Shown here: one piece after another, positions 49,901-61,953 of the stretch | Position numbering within the stretch: the first letter of the stretch is position 1 | Layout: every line of letters begins with the position of its first letter | Assembly (NCBI GenBank): GCA_020137815.1 | Contig: CM035352.1 | Coordinates: forward strand, 4,588,001 to 4,652,000 | Origin: Hormiphora californensis | Lineage: Eukaryota > Animalia > Ctenophora | Reading direction: 5' to 3' | Length of the DNA: 64,000 nucleotides | The notes under the pieces: generated by a model | The model's input: the letters and a program-made list of their open reading frames with translations, nothing else | Databases searched by the model: none | What the model was told of the DNA's origin: nothing | Translations under genes and position numbers: made by a program

Positions 49901-52900
49901 GCATAGTGCTGGTAAACAAGTTGAACTGCAACAGTGCTGGCACTACGTCAAGCCTGTTCTGCAACTATTCGACTAGTGGTATAGGGCCGGTATGTGGTAA
50001 CATGTGTGTGGTGACACGTGACCTAAAACACGTGCACTATAACCACGTGACATAGCAGGGATGTATCCTGGAAGTAGTAGTGGGAGACACTAGCGTGGTA
50101 CGCGCAAAAAAATGCGCGCCACACGATTATCATAATTGATGATATCTCCGGTTCCTGATAAGCTACAGAGTTCGTTTGGGTACTGTTGGAAAGGAAATTT
50201 TAAGCCCCATCGAATGGCGAAGGTTTGAAGTCTTTATCTTATCAGGAACAGGAGTTATGAGCCAAAACGAAATTGGTGTGGCGCACATTTTTTTGCGCGT
50301 ACCACGCTAGTGTCTCCCACTATAGGTAAATAACACCATGGCAGTGAGAATTTCGGAAATTTCCCATGGACAGTAGGGGTTGCTAAGTTGAAAAATATCG
50401 CTTTCGAACATTATGTCTGGTATTCAGTGGATAATTTTCTACTGATATCCGAAGTTTCAGCCCAAACGGTTGAGCCACTTCGAATCGCAAGCCACTTTTT
50501 TGACCCTTATTTTCGGTGAAAAATCGGGAAAAAATCGAAAAAACAATTTTGAAATTTTAAAATTTCAAAACACAGAAATTAGTCCCTAGAACATCCCAAT
50601 ACACGTGCAACACTTTAAAATTGTGTATTTTTAATTTTCAACTTAGCAATCATTGGACAGTTTGTTGATATTTGGAGCCTGACCAGATTGACCACCTAAA
50701 TATTGTTCATTTGTTCATTCAGGTGTTTAGAGATAAGGGGGCGGAACGTAAAAACAAGGACGAGCTGAGAACTGCAGACAGGAAATTACAAAAACTCCTC
50801 AAAAATGGAACAGGCTAGTTTTCTCATATCCTAGTTACATCTTGTTTTTTAGGCTTACCTAAGAAGTGTAACGACAGTCAGACCCCGATTTACCGGGATG
50901 TTCGGAGGAAAGCGTTTTCTCCTATAAATCGGGGTCTGACTGTTATAATATAAGACCATTTGAGCTAGTGTTTATCCCTATATGATATTTCCCCCGGACA
51001 GTCAACCCAAAAGATAAAGATACAGCCAACCTGTTCTCTGTGTTCCATACCCCCTCAAAACAGACCGTACTCACCAAGACAACAGTCCTATCCCGTCGAC
51101 CCATCATATTCTCTGCGCCTGTCAAGAACCTGAGCCTCCTGGTATTTTCTTTTTTTGTGTCACTCCTGGTATTTGTTTTTGCGACCTTCCTTTGTGAAAA
51201 AAATAAAAGACAAACAAAAAGTGACAAACTTTGTAGTCCTTACAAACTCCCTATTATGTGTCTGTCAGAGCTTTGGCAGCTGACCCTATTCTCATTTCTT
51301 TAAAAGCGAGAACAGCGGACAGGACACAGCGGTCAGAGCATTGGCCTGATAACTTTATGTGTTCATATAATAGCTAGCAGCTTGGAAAACACAGGGATTT
51401 TTTGTATAGAGCTCCCCATTATTCCCCCAGGTATATCACACATATCTCTCTCCAAGGTATCGCCTGGAACAGGAGGATCTGGTGGCCCAGATGAGCTCTC
51501 TCCCCAGAGTGTGGGGTCTACCGATAGATCGTGGTCTCAAAACACCTCTAACTCCTACACCCTGCCCTCCCCTACCTCCTACAACTCAACCATTGTCAGT
51601 CAGGGATATGTTGATGTGACCAACAGTCAAGTGAGCAGCGGTGGAAGCGACCAGGTATGTGTGCAGGAGTTGTGAAGCGACCAGGTATGTGTGCAGGAGT
51701 TGTGAAGCGACCAGGTATGTGTGCAGGAGTTGTGAAGCGACCAGGTATCGTGTGGGGTGGCAGGGCGTTATGCCTTCTGCCGGTTTGTCCACCAAACATT
51801 AGACATTATAATGCCCTGCATTCGGTATGTGGGAGTTGTTGTAATATATCCGGTTTTATAGGCCCGGTTTGATATGATCTAACGGGGTTGAACAAGATCA
51901 AGGCCCAATTTTATAGGCTCGAAACAGGCCGGATTGGCCTGTTCGTTGCCTTGCTCCACCCTGTTTTACCTTGCCTTGTTCGACCCTCCCTCCCCGCGCA
52001 AAACAAGTTTTACCGCGCCCCGCACGGCGAAATGTAAAGGAGGTTTAGAACATAACAACCTGTTCGGTGTTCCCAGCCTATAAAACCGGCTGAGATTATT
52101 GGCAATAATATTGCCGCAAAATACAGGTTTCATTGTGATTTTAGCTTCGAAAGAAACTAAGAAACTTGATTCGCTGTTATCACAGTCACTACAGTCAAAT
52201 GTGATAACTGAAGAATTTTATTCTTCAAACTTAGTAGACTAGGGTCACTTATAGCATGGCACATGATTTGTGTACGCACCACACTATTATTATAGTTTCC
52301 CATAGTATCTTGAACAAACTATTTCCAAACATTACTAACAATGACTAACAATGAATATTTACCAGATCGATATATTTCAGAGCCAAGATAACAGTTCCAC
52401 CTCTCCCTCTGCGAAACAGACGGATTCCATCTTTGCTATGATGAGGTAACTATCAGATAATGAGGTTTAATTAGGACCTGATTCACTAGTTATACCCAAT
52501 TATTAGCTATATATAACTAGGGAACAGGGAACTTAGATGCGGTAGTGAGTTATGATATGATAATTGGGTAATTAGGTCCTTCCTGGAAGGTGACTTGAAG
52601 AATAACAGTTTCCCAATCAATTAGGAGAACTTGCCTTGTTCGACCCTCCTCCCAAAGGAGAACATAATATTCACAATTACGATCATGTCACTCAAGTTAC
52701 AGTATTATTTGATATACTAAGATTGTGGTTAGGGCAAATCAGCAAATCTGTTTGTTATCGTACTGTGTACCACCTATTCTCGCTTCGTGTGAGATCGATC
52801 TCAGTCGCTGCGTGACTTCGATCTCGCACATTTGTCACCAACAAATCTGTTTATATGTTAGCAGATTCACAGCCTGTTTTTCACACGTTGAAGCGCCTCT

Positions 52901-55900
52901 ACTCGGGCTTGAATTAGCTAAATCTGGGCCGACAGACTGGTGACATGTCACCTAGCATATTATGCATTTATTTACTTTGTCCTTTGTGGCCTAGAGTGTA
53001 ACCGGGTGGGCCTAATATCAGAAATTATTGCATTTCTTGAAGAATATGCAAAAGGGGCTTCCTAATTTCAAATATATGACATTTGACTGAATCCTGTCCT
53101 TCACTGGCTGGTGGAATGGTCCCACGTGTTGGATCAGGTGACAAGGCGCGTGTCACTGCAGCTAAGTGAGATCACGTGACAACTGGTCACGTGGTGTGCT
53201 TTAGCCAATCAGAGAGCGAGTGGAAGTAGCATTTCCCGAGCACGCTGGTAGAGCACAAACCAGTTACCGCGTCGAAACCGGTTTGGAGAGAGAGAGAAAG
53301 AGAGAGATAGGCATGTAATATGAAAGCGAGAGAGATGTGTATCATAAAAAAAGAGAGAAAGAGAGAAGGCGATGAGCTCTATAAAAGGGTGTAGCTTTAT
53401 AAAATGGATTCACTTCTTCTAAGATACTACTGCAGCTTGCTGTTGTTCCCTGCTAACCGCATTGAATGATAAAATTCGTACCACGAACTGTCTCCGACCG
53501 CCTTAACTTCCACAAAAACTTCGGTCCGATTGAATTTTTACCGAGATACCAGCCTCGAAACAGGCATCCGGATTCCACTCACCGATCTATTGCATCCCTT
53601 ACTATTCTCGCCTGCACGTGATGACACTAATTAGTGACTTGTCTAAGTTAACCGTTAGAAAAAGGTATAATTGTGTGACTTGATGTAGTGATACGTCATA
53701 TTATACCTTGTGACGTCACAGTGGTAGTCATAGTATAGTAGTAGTAGTAGTACAGTCGGACCCCGATTTAGGGGCCCCCGATTTAGTGGCACCCCGATTT
53801 AGGGACAGGATTTTTTTCCCCCGATATAGGAAATTAACCTTATTTGACCCCGATTTAGTGGACACCCCGATTTAGTGGACAAGAGCCTTTCCCCCGAGGG
53901 TGTCCCTAAATCGGGGTCCGACTGTAGTTGTTGTGGTAGAGTGAAATAGTATTGAGATATTATAATAGTGAGTGGGTGTGTGTGAGTGTGTCTGTGTGTG
54001 TGTCTGTGTGTGAGTGTCTGTGTGAGTGTGTGTGATCGTGTGTGTGTGTGAGTGTGTGTGTGAGCGTGTGATCGTGTGTGTGTGTGTGTGAGTGAGAGTG
54101 TGTGATCGTGTGTGTGTGTGTGTGTTTGTTTGTGAGTGCATCATATAGCAATGGCTTGCTATACGATGTAAGAGAGGTGTGAGTGTCTAAACATAGTTAT
54201 GTTGTTAATATAACCTACAGATACTAATACCACTAGAGTAGTGCAAATTCCCCGTTTCAGAGTACATAATACAGCTCGACATACAACTAACATGTTTATT
54301 GCGGCCCTCTGCGCCCCAGTGTGGCCGCATTTCCAGGTTCTCTATTTATAATGATACCCCTTTTAGTTTGTTGTTTCGTACATTATCTCACCTCAAAATC
54401 TCACCCAGTGTATTCACGCTGTCTGGCGGCGCTGACCCGATCTGAGAGTGAGAATCACGGCGCCAGACAGGCAAATAGCAGCTATATATTCACGAGCAAT
54501 GTGACACCCTATTTTAGTACGAATTAAAACGGGGTATCACTAACTAAATACAGTATACGGTGCAATAGTCTCATATATAGTCTCACCCACTTAGTTTGTA
54601 GTTTGTGTGTGCAGCACTACTATACATAAGACACGAGAATATAACGGCAAGTTTGGGTATAATGTAAACTGTGTACAACATTAAACCCAAACCTAACGTC
54701 ACCAATTAGCACTCAATTACTCACCGCTGCCCTAGTATCACACAAAATATATCAACTACTCGAGCTGTACACTATGAATTACAGCTCGGATAATTGATAT
54801 GTATTGTGTTGTAATATATACATACTATATATAGCTAGTTGCACACAATATGACGGGTTGTGGTTCAGAGTCTGACCCGTGCACCCTCTGCAGGGAACGG
54901 GAATCAAAGAGGACCCTTTCACAGGCTCTCAGCGCTGCCAATGTGAGTATAAGCGGGGTTCGGGTTGTTTTTAGTCGTGGGCTGGGCACAAGTTTAGCCA
55001 CAATCGGCTGTGATTCTCTGATTAAAAGAGGGCTGGCTGGTTTGTTGAACGTGCATGGTATAGCTGCTTTTCGCGGGTTTGCCCTAGCTTCACCGGGAAT
55101 AAATTGAGTCTTGTGTGGGTGACGTGTATGATATGTGGTCACACACACACACACAATGTAGATTGGTGTTGTTTTAACTGCACATGGCTTATTTCAGGAG
55201 GTCGCCCAACATCTGACACTGGAAACTGGCCACGATACGGTAATTATAGCTTCACAATTAACAACTATAATTGCGTGACTTTCAATATCCCCTCGCGGGA
55301 AGTGCTACTACCGGTACCTCATGGTCCCCGTCTCTCTAAACAAAATATCCCTTCAGGATCGACCAGTTAAGGTTGCCAGACTCCAAAAGTTCAAGCCCGG
55401 TGAGTTGAAAGAAACTCATTCATATTATCTCATTATTATTAATATCGCGTCGGAGAGAGAGAGAGAGAAAGAGAGAGGTAGAGAGAGTCCGAGGGGATTC
55501 AGAGAAGTACAGAGAGGACGGGTTCCGGGAAAATAGTCACCCTTCCCGGAACCCGTCCCTATAGATTTCCCACCAGGGTCCTAAATATATCAGTATGTAT
55601 CATTGAATATTCTTCGCATTTTATTCCGCGCTTGTTCGACACTCGACGCTATTGCGATATTGAAAATCCGCTCATTTTTCATGTTTACTTAACTGGACCT
55701 GGCCTTTCTCTCTCTATCTCTTTTTCTCACTCTCTCTCACTCTGGGATTTACAAGGGCTTGAGCAAAATAAGAAAGGGAATATTCAGTAACTTTTGCATC
55801 CTGCCCCGAAAAGAGAAATTAAACCCGCATTTTATATTTTATGTTCAGCCCCCGACTATTTACCAACCCTCAGCTGACAATTTACTAACCCCTTTCGGCC

Positions 55901-56972
55901 TTCCTCCAGTTACGATTTACTAACTCCCTAATTCCTCTAAATACGATTTACTAATTCCTCCCTAATTCCTCTAGTTACGATTTACTAACTACCTAATTCC
56001 TCCAGTTACAATTTACTAACTCCCTAATTCCTCCCTAATTCCTCTTGTTACGATTTACTAACTACCTAATTCCTCCAGTTACTATTTACGTAAAGAAGGC
56101 TGATGAGACTATCTACAATGCCCTGTGCCTCAACAAACTCAATATGGATACCCTCAAAGAAGAGGTGAATAGATGGGGGTGGGGACTGGATAGACCGGGG
56201 GTTATTGTGACTGGGGGGTTGCTGGGTGGTTAGGGGTTACTTTGTGTGGCGGGTGTGTGTGGCTCTAGTGGTGAATAGAGGGGGACTGGGGGAATTGATG
56301 GGTTTGTGGCTCTAGCTGTTGTTAATTGTTATAGGCTGTTATCTAACTCTGAAGTCTGGATAGAGGCTGTTGGGGGTTACTTGATTTACTCTACGCAGTA
56401 CGCAGCAGGGGTGCTAATTTGCCATGCTACGCAGTCTGTCTGTTCGGCACGTTAAGCGCCTCGCTTACGCTCTTCGGGCTCGCGTAAGCTGATCACACCG
56501 GGCCTTCAATTCGGCCCGGTGTGAGAGTCGACAGACTGGGAACATGTCAAGTGCTAATCACTTCCTTCCTTCAGATTGCAGCAAAGTACTCCATCCCGCA
56601 GAACATGCCCCTGAAGTTCTACAAGCGATCCAAGAGAGGGTGAGTTACATACATGGTTACGATGGTTACCATACTAGTTACCATGGTTATCATACTAGTT
56701 GCCATGGTTACATGATTCCCGGAAGGAAATGATGGTGTGTGTGAGTAAGGCTATTTTATATCATTCATTGAGTTGCTAGAATGACAGTATCGGTGCAGAG
56801 AACCGAGAAAGAGAGAGAGAAATATTCGTGTAGCTGTTAGAGAGAGGGAGAATGAGAGCTCACTTTAGTGGTTACCGCTGGACCTGTTTTGCGTGTTGAA
56901 CAACTAACACCAGCATCCTGTTTTCATGAAAGCAGCAGGGGCAGAGATAAAAGTTAGAGAGGGAGGGGTGAG

Positions 56973-57038
<66 letters not shown>

Positions 57039-57656
57039 AGAGTGAGAGTGAGCAGGGAGAGTGAGCAGGGAGATAATGAAATTGAAATGCAAAGTAGAAA
57101 AATAGGAAATAAGAAATTATGAAAAAAAGGCTCGACTCAGAGACATTTTATCGTTTTTTTGAGAGCCCTTATCTGCGTTAGGACTGTCTCCCCTAGACTC
57201 CTAAACACCCCCTCTCTCCCCGCAGACTCCTGATGTCTAAGCCCCCTCTCTCCCCCAGACTCCTAACCCCCCTCTCCGATCTATCCCTCAGACTCCTAAC
57301 CCCCTAACGTTAATCCCCTCTCTATCTATCCCATGCAGACTCCTGATCCCCCTCTCTCTCTTTCCCCACATACTCCTAACCCCCTTTCTATCCTCTGCAG
57401 ATCCCCCTCTCTCTGTCCCCACATACTCCTAACCACCCCCCCCCCCCCAGACTCCTAACCCAGTAACCCCTAACCCCTCCTCTCTATCCTCTGTAGTCTC
57501 CTATAAACTCCTAACCCCTCCTCTCTATCCCCTCCCAGACTCCTGATCCACATGGATAGTAGGATGATTGAGCAGTTCCAGGATGAGGATGACTTCATCC
57601 TTGAGATTAGTTTCCAGAACAAGGAGGGCCTCTTTGAGGTCACCTTTATCTATTGA
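36487..57656 (+). CDS. GRHL: Grainyhead-like (CP2 family) transcription factor, ~19 exons
   Basis: N-terminal exons 36487-36546, 36776-36915 (ELVENPI..FLYD), 37183-37271, 43921-43988 and 45199-45378. DNA-binding domain: YEFKLDAP..TLTYLNKGQYY (45720-46034), WTYW (46274-46382), [41 protein letters not shown] (48849-50813). Dimerisation domain: TIYVKK..IYNALCL (56079-56164), KYSI..FYKRSKRGLLIHMD..DDFIL, stop at 57656. Linker exons between 51 and 55 kb are less certain. Confidence 0.92.
37344..38030. mobile_element. Bipartite hairpin element (Crypton-like non-autonomous), copy 2
   Basis: Same termini and second unit as 15787-16111; the first unit is longer. Confidence 0.6.
38212..39563. mobile_element. 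1.35-kb palindromic MITE, TAG...CTA termini, 3-bp TSD (Academ-like)
   Basis: TAGGCCAGTCATATGACGT...ACGTCATATGACTGGCCTA; TSD GTA; ~670-bp arms with almost no spacer. Confidence 0.85.
41147..41317. mobile_element. pogo/Tc1-type MITE (CAGTCGGACCCCG family)
   Basis: TA TSD, TIR, repeated CCCCGATTTA motifs. Confidence 0.85.
42608..42796. mobile_element. MULE-like MITE
   Basis: TIR GGTGTGCGGACTCTAGTGCTAA / TTAGCACTAGAGTCCGCCCACC; 9-bp TSD AACCAAGGC. Confidence 0.75.
44014..45120. mobile_element. Tc1/mariner-type MITE
   Basis: TA TSD; ~125-bp near-perfect TIRs CCGCGTGGCCCAAATTAAAGGGAGGG; a second degenerate internal inverted repeat. Confidence 0.85.
46440..47909. mobile_element. Chapaev/CMC-like foldback element
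   Basis: CACGGTG...CACCGTG termini; 4-bp TSD CTGT; ~700-bp near-identical TIRs with a ~65-bp spacer. Confidence 0.85.
48658..48744. mobile_element. 87-bp micro-transposon, 9-bp TSD
   Basis: TTGG...CCAA termini; TSD GATAATAGG; shares GAGATCGA motifs with 52752-52841 and with the TIR of 59640-60341. Confidence 0.75.
50078..50322. mobile_element. MITE with TAG...CTA termini and 3-bp TSD (Academ-like)
   Basis: TIR TAGTGGGAGACACTAGCGTGGTACGCGCAAAAAAATG; TSD TAG. Confidence 0.8.
50375..50653. mobile_element. MITE with 8-bp TSD
   Basis: TTGCTAAGTTGAAAA / TTTTCAACTTAGCAA inverted repeats; flanking direct repeat TGGACAGT. Confidence 0.6.
51644..51748 (+). repeat. 30-bp tandem repeat multiplying a GRHL splice donor
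   Basis: (GAAGCGACCAG|GTATGTGTGCAGGAGTTGT)x3.5; donors at 51655, 51685, 51715 and 51745. Confidence 0.9.
52752..52841. mobile_element. 90-bp micro-transposon, 9-bp TSD
   Basis: TSD CAAATCTGT; ends TGTCACCAA; reverse-oriented relative of 48658-48744. Confidence 0.75.
53120..53284. promoter_or_regulatory. Candidate intronic enhancer in GRHL: two Grainyhead sites, three E-boxes, CCAAT box
   Basis: AACCAGTT (53258-53265) and palindromic AACCGGTT (53276-53283); CACGTG x3; AGCCAATC at ~53203. Confidence 0.4.
53753..53924. mobile_element. pogo/Tc1-type MITE (CAGTCGGACCCCG family)
   Basis: TA TSD, TIR, repeated CCCCGATTTA motifs. Confidence 0.85.
55903..56090 (+). repeat. ~31-bp tandem repeat multiplying a GRHL branch point and acceptor
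   Basis: Units TACTAAC..CTAATTCCTCCAG|TTACGATT; the last unit is the real acceptor (exon starts at 56079). Confidence 0.85.
57190..57548 (+). repeat. Degenerate tandem repeat of the GRHL last-exon acceptor
   Basis: About 10 units of C/T-rich tract + YAG|ACTCCT(AA/GA); real acceptor at 57538. Confidence 0.8.
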
Positions 57657-58426
57657 GCAGCTAGGAGACACCATTAGGAGATTGCGCTGGCCCGCGTCCA
57701 CCCACACCACAATTCGACAAGAGACAGTGTAATATCCATTGTTGTGGTTGTTGAGTCCAGCTAACTCAACGATATATGTTGTGTGGGAATATGAGACGCA
57801 GATTAAGATATGAAATATAGAAAACAAGATTAACGAATTTATATGGGACTCTACAAGAAGCGAGAGATATAAGAGAGTGTGTTTGTTGTGACTTTAGCAT
57901 TGCATGTCGTGCATGTGTTTACCATTTGAAGATATGAAATATGTTGGGTATAAAATCATAGCTGCTGAGTGTTTTTAATAGAAGTATTTTGTGTTTTTAC
58001 CAATATATATGTTTTCTACCATCAGATATATACGCATATTAAAATGTTTACACATCACATGCTGCTTTTTTAACTGTTTTATCTTTGTTACACAGATGTC
58101 GAGGGTGCATGATGTTTTTCACTTTTGGTATGTAGCTTTTTTACAAATATTACAATACAGTCGGACCTTGATTTACCGGGGACAAAGTGTTTTGCCCGGT
58201 AAATCGGGGTCCGACAATACAAGTGCAGTAATATCAAATGATAGTTGGAGCTCATGTTTTGTAGCAGGTTTATTGATATAGCTCCATGATTAGCAGAGTT
58301 TTATAGACCCCATCTGAATAATATACTGTACAATATTGAATGCCATGTTTAGTACAACTGTTGTGGAATGTAGACATCTCTAGTTGTAAAACAAAACAAC
58401 CGAGTTTTTGCTTTTTAATCTGAAAT

Positions 58427-60486
58427 CCGGCTGCACAATGATAGGTCCCGGCTGCACAATGACAGGTCCCGGCTGCACAATGATAGGTCCCGGCTGCACA
58501 ATGACAGGTCCCGGCTGCACTATGACAGCTCCCGGCTGCACAATGACAGGTCCCGGCTGCACAATGACAGGTCCCGGCTGCACAATGACAGGTCCCGGCT
58601 ACACAATGACAGGTCCCGGCTGCACAATGACAGGTCCCGGCTGCACAATGGCAGGTCCCGGCTGCACAATGACAGGTACCGGCTGCACAATGACAGGTCC
58701 CGGCTACACAATGACAGGTCCCGGCTGCACAATGACAGGCCCCGGCTGTACAATGACAGGTCCCAGCTGCACAATGTCAGGTCCTGGCTACACAATGACA
58801 TATCCCGGCTGCACAATGACAGGTCCCGGCTGCACATTGACAGGCTCCGGCTGCACAATGACAGGTCCCGGCTGCACAATGACAGGTCCTGGCTGCACAA
58901 TGACAGATTGACAGGTCCCGGCTGCACAATGACAGGTCCCGGCTGCACAATGTCAGGTCCCGGCTGCACAATGACAGGTCCCGGCTGCACAATGATAGGT
59001 CCCGGCTGCACAATGCCAGGTCCCGGCTGCACAATGATAGGTCCCGGCTGCACAATGACAGGTCCCGGCTGCACAATGATAGGTCCCGGCTGCACAATGA
59101 CAGGTCCCGGCTGCACAATGACAGCTCCCGGCTGCACAATGACAGCTCCCGGCTACACAATTACAGGTCCCGGCTGCACAATGACAGGTCCCGGCTACAC
59201 AATGACAGGTCTCTGCTACACAATGACATGTTCCGGCTGCAAAATGATAGGTCCCGGCTGCACAATGACAGGTCCCGGCTGCACAATTACAGGTCCCGGC
59301 TGCACAATGACAGGTCCCGGCTACACAATGACAGGTCTCTGCTACACAATGACATGTTCCGGCTGCAAAATGATAGGTCCCGGCTGCACAATGACAGGTC
59401 CCGGCTGCACAATGACAGGTCCCGGCTGCACAATGACAGCTCCCGGCTACACAATTACAGGTCCCGGCTGCACAATGACAGGTCCCGGCTACACAATGAC
59501 AGGTCTCTGCTACACAATGACATGTTCCGGCTGCAAAATGATAGGTCCCGGCTGCACAATGACAGGTCCCGGCTACACAATGACAGCTCCCGGCTACACA
59601 AATAACAGGTCCCGGCTGCACAATGACAAGTCCCGGCTGTTGGTGACATAGACACCGTGCGCGACCAAGATAGAGCTCACACACAGGTGTCTGCTCCGCC
59701 TCAAAAAGGGTCGTTTCTTTCAAGGGATGTTGCACGCGATCCACTGGACCGATTTGCATCCGGTTTGTCGCAAAAGACTACAAATGATCCTAATATACTG
59801 GAAAATACCCGAGAAGTTTGTCTGTCAACAGGAAGTGGGTCAAAATTGACACTAAGTTAAACCTATAATCTGGCTTCCGAGAGTTTCTGCACTACGCCCA
59901 TGCGATTTAGAAGATATTAGGAGATATGTTGATGCAATTAGCATCAGCTATTAATGCCGGGTATTTTCCAGTACTCACAAGAGTTCAACCTATCTTCTGA
60001 TACCCTCAGATTCATTCTACAGTGTAGTTAAACCTATAATCTGGCTTCCGAGCCTTTTTGCACCACTCCCAGACGGTGTAGAATCTATAGATTTGACTTC
60101 AGTGTCAATTTTTACCCACTTCCTGTTGACAGACAAACTTCTCGGGTATTTTCCAGTAAACTACGACCAATTTGTAGTCTTTTGCGACAAACCGGATGCA
60201 AATCGGTCCAGTGGATCACGTGCAATTTGGCTTGAAAGACACGACCCTTTTTTAGGGGGCGGAGCGGACACCTATGTGCGAGCTCGATCTCGGTCGCTGC
60301 GCGACCTCGATCTCGCACGCACTAGGTGTCAATGTCACCAATCCCGGCTGCACAATGTCAGGTCCCGGCTGCACAATGACAGGTGCCGCATGCACAATGA
60401 CAGGTGCCGGCTGCACAATGACAGGTCCCGGCTGCACAATGACAGGTGCCGGCTACACAATGACAGGTGCCGGCTACACAATGACA
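58427..60486. repeat. 21-bp minisatellite (CCGGCTGCACAATGACAGGTC)n, ~64 units, split by a MITE
   Basis: Direct tandem array at 58427-59639 and 60342-60486. Confidence 0.97.
59640..60341. mobile_element. MULE-like MITE inserted in the 21-bp minisatellite
   Basis: TTGGTGACA...TGTCACCAA; ~220-bp imperfect TIRs; 9-bp TSD TCCCGGCTG. Confidence 0.85.
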
Positions 60487-61521
60487 ATCTGAGTCTTTCT
60501 GGCGGTGTCGCCGCCCGCCACCTCCCACCATTTGATTTCACTGGGAATCAAAACGGGGTTTGGTAGATCTGCAGAATACCATTTTGAGTCATTGACCCCT
60601 TACTCAACAAACTTTTGAGCACTTCTGTAAGTGTACATTGCAAGGGCACACTCAAGTCGACTACCGACGGCTGTCAGTATGACTTGGATTTCAATATCTA
60701 AATCAATGATACATTTCTTGAATCTGATAAATTGACTTATTTTGCCAAACTCAGCTCCTGATTAAACCACAGAACCCACCAGCTTTGATAATTTAATGAT
60801 AACAAAATGAAACGAATAAATTTTAAAACGTCAAAACAATGGTTTGGGCAAACAGAGTACAATCAATCTCTTGAAAATCGAATCTTTTCATTTTGTTTTT
60901 CATGACTGCTGCAGATAATAAAGAATATAATATATCAATAACCTACAACAAACTTAATTCATATAGTGTACTAGTACTACCGAAACCAACAAAAATCAAA
61001 CTAACCGGATCTAACCGTGCTAAAATTCTAGTTTTTTCTGATCCAAAAACGATGAAAACAGCCGTTGGACACTCTCATCGAAGGGAGGTCAGCTAGATTT
61101 GTGACTGTTATATTGGACAAAATAATAAGAGACCCCAGTTCAATCTGTATTCCTTGACTCTTATCTGTCTGGCGCCGCCAGACCCCGTTTTGATTCTCGG
61201 GTCGGCGCCGATAGACAGATCTTAGTGCAGTTGTCTCTCCATCTAGCTGTCCAAAAATATTTGAAATAATTCCCCCCTCAGACACGTAATGTTAAGTTAT
61301 ATTTAATTAGAATAAGCAGCGGTCTGAAAGTGTAATACAAAACTAACTATATAATATTATGGACGGTTATACTCAATAAGGTAACATGGAAAGTGGTGGA
61401 ATATTTTTATTTACGGCGTTGACATCGTATCAATTATAGATAAGGGTAGATAGACTCTGTCAGAGCATTGGCCTGACCCTATTCTCGGAGCGCGAAAACT
61501 GTTGTCAGAGCATTGGCCTGA

Positions 61522-61592
61522 CCTGTCTGGCGCCGCCGACCCCATCTGAGCGCACTCAGAATCAAATTGGGGTATGGGCGCCGCCATACAGG
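61522..61592. repeat. Short hairpin dispersed repeat CTGTCTGGCG...CCAGACAG
   Basis: Related 50-70-bp hairpins at 47910-47967, 54419-54470 and 61165-61218; this copy is flanked by a GCCTGA direct repeat. Confidence 0.6.
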
Positions 61593-61835
61593 GCCTGACA
61601 GGATAGACTCGCTAAGATAGCAGATAGGTAGCTACCATTATCTATACCGTACATGATCATGGTCACCGTGTTCAGTTGTTTGTAACAATATAGGGTAACA
61701 ATATAATATGGCTAAAAGTACAAACGGCAATAAAATCACTCAAAGAACTCTCTCCATGGAGCCTCTAAATACTAATGTTTTTCAATTATAATCAATGAAA
61801 CCAATCACACTCTAACTAAATTGGTCCATGTAAAG

Positions 61836-61944
61836 TAGGAACCGACCGACACAAGTAAACAACCAATCAGAACTCGTTATTTAGGTCACGTGACTGGTTA
61901 TCAGCCAATCAGGGACCAGTATTTCCTGATTCGGTCGGTTCCTG
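61836..61944. mobile_element. 109-bp hAT-like MITE in the cyclase 3'UTR
   Basis: TIR AGGAACCGACCGA / TCGGTCGGTTCCT; TSD ATGTAAAG/ATGTACAG; carries two CCAATCA motifs and TCACGTGA. Confidence 0.75.
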
Positions 61945-61953
61945 ATGTACAGG

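Noticed and set aside
58427-59639. CRISPR-like array
   Set aside because: Head-to-tail repeats with no unique spacers, no cas genes, and a eukaryotic context.
58408-59759. Long Cys/Thr-rich repeat ORFs (MTGPGCT, CHCAAGT, VIVQPGP) resembling antifreeze or metallothionein-like proteins
   Set aside because: The 21-bp unit is stop-free in five of six frames by construction. There is no signal peptide or unique domain, the frame breaks at ~58908, and a MITE interrupts the array.
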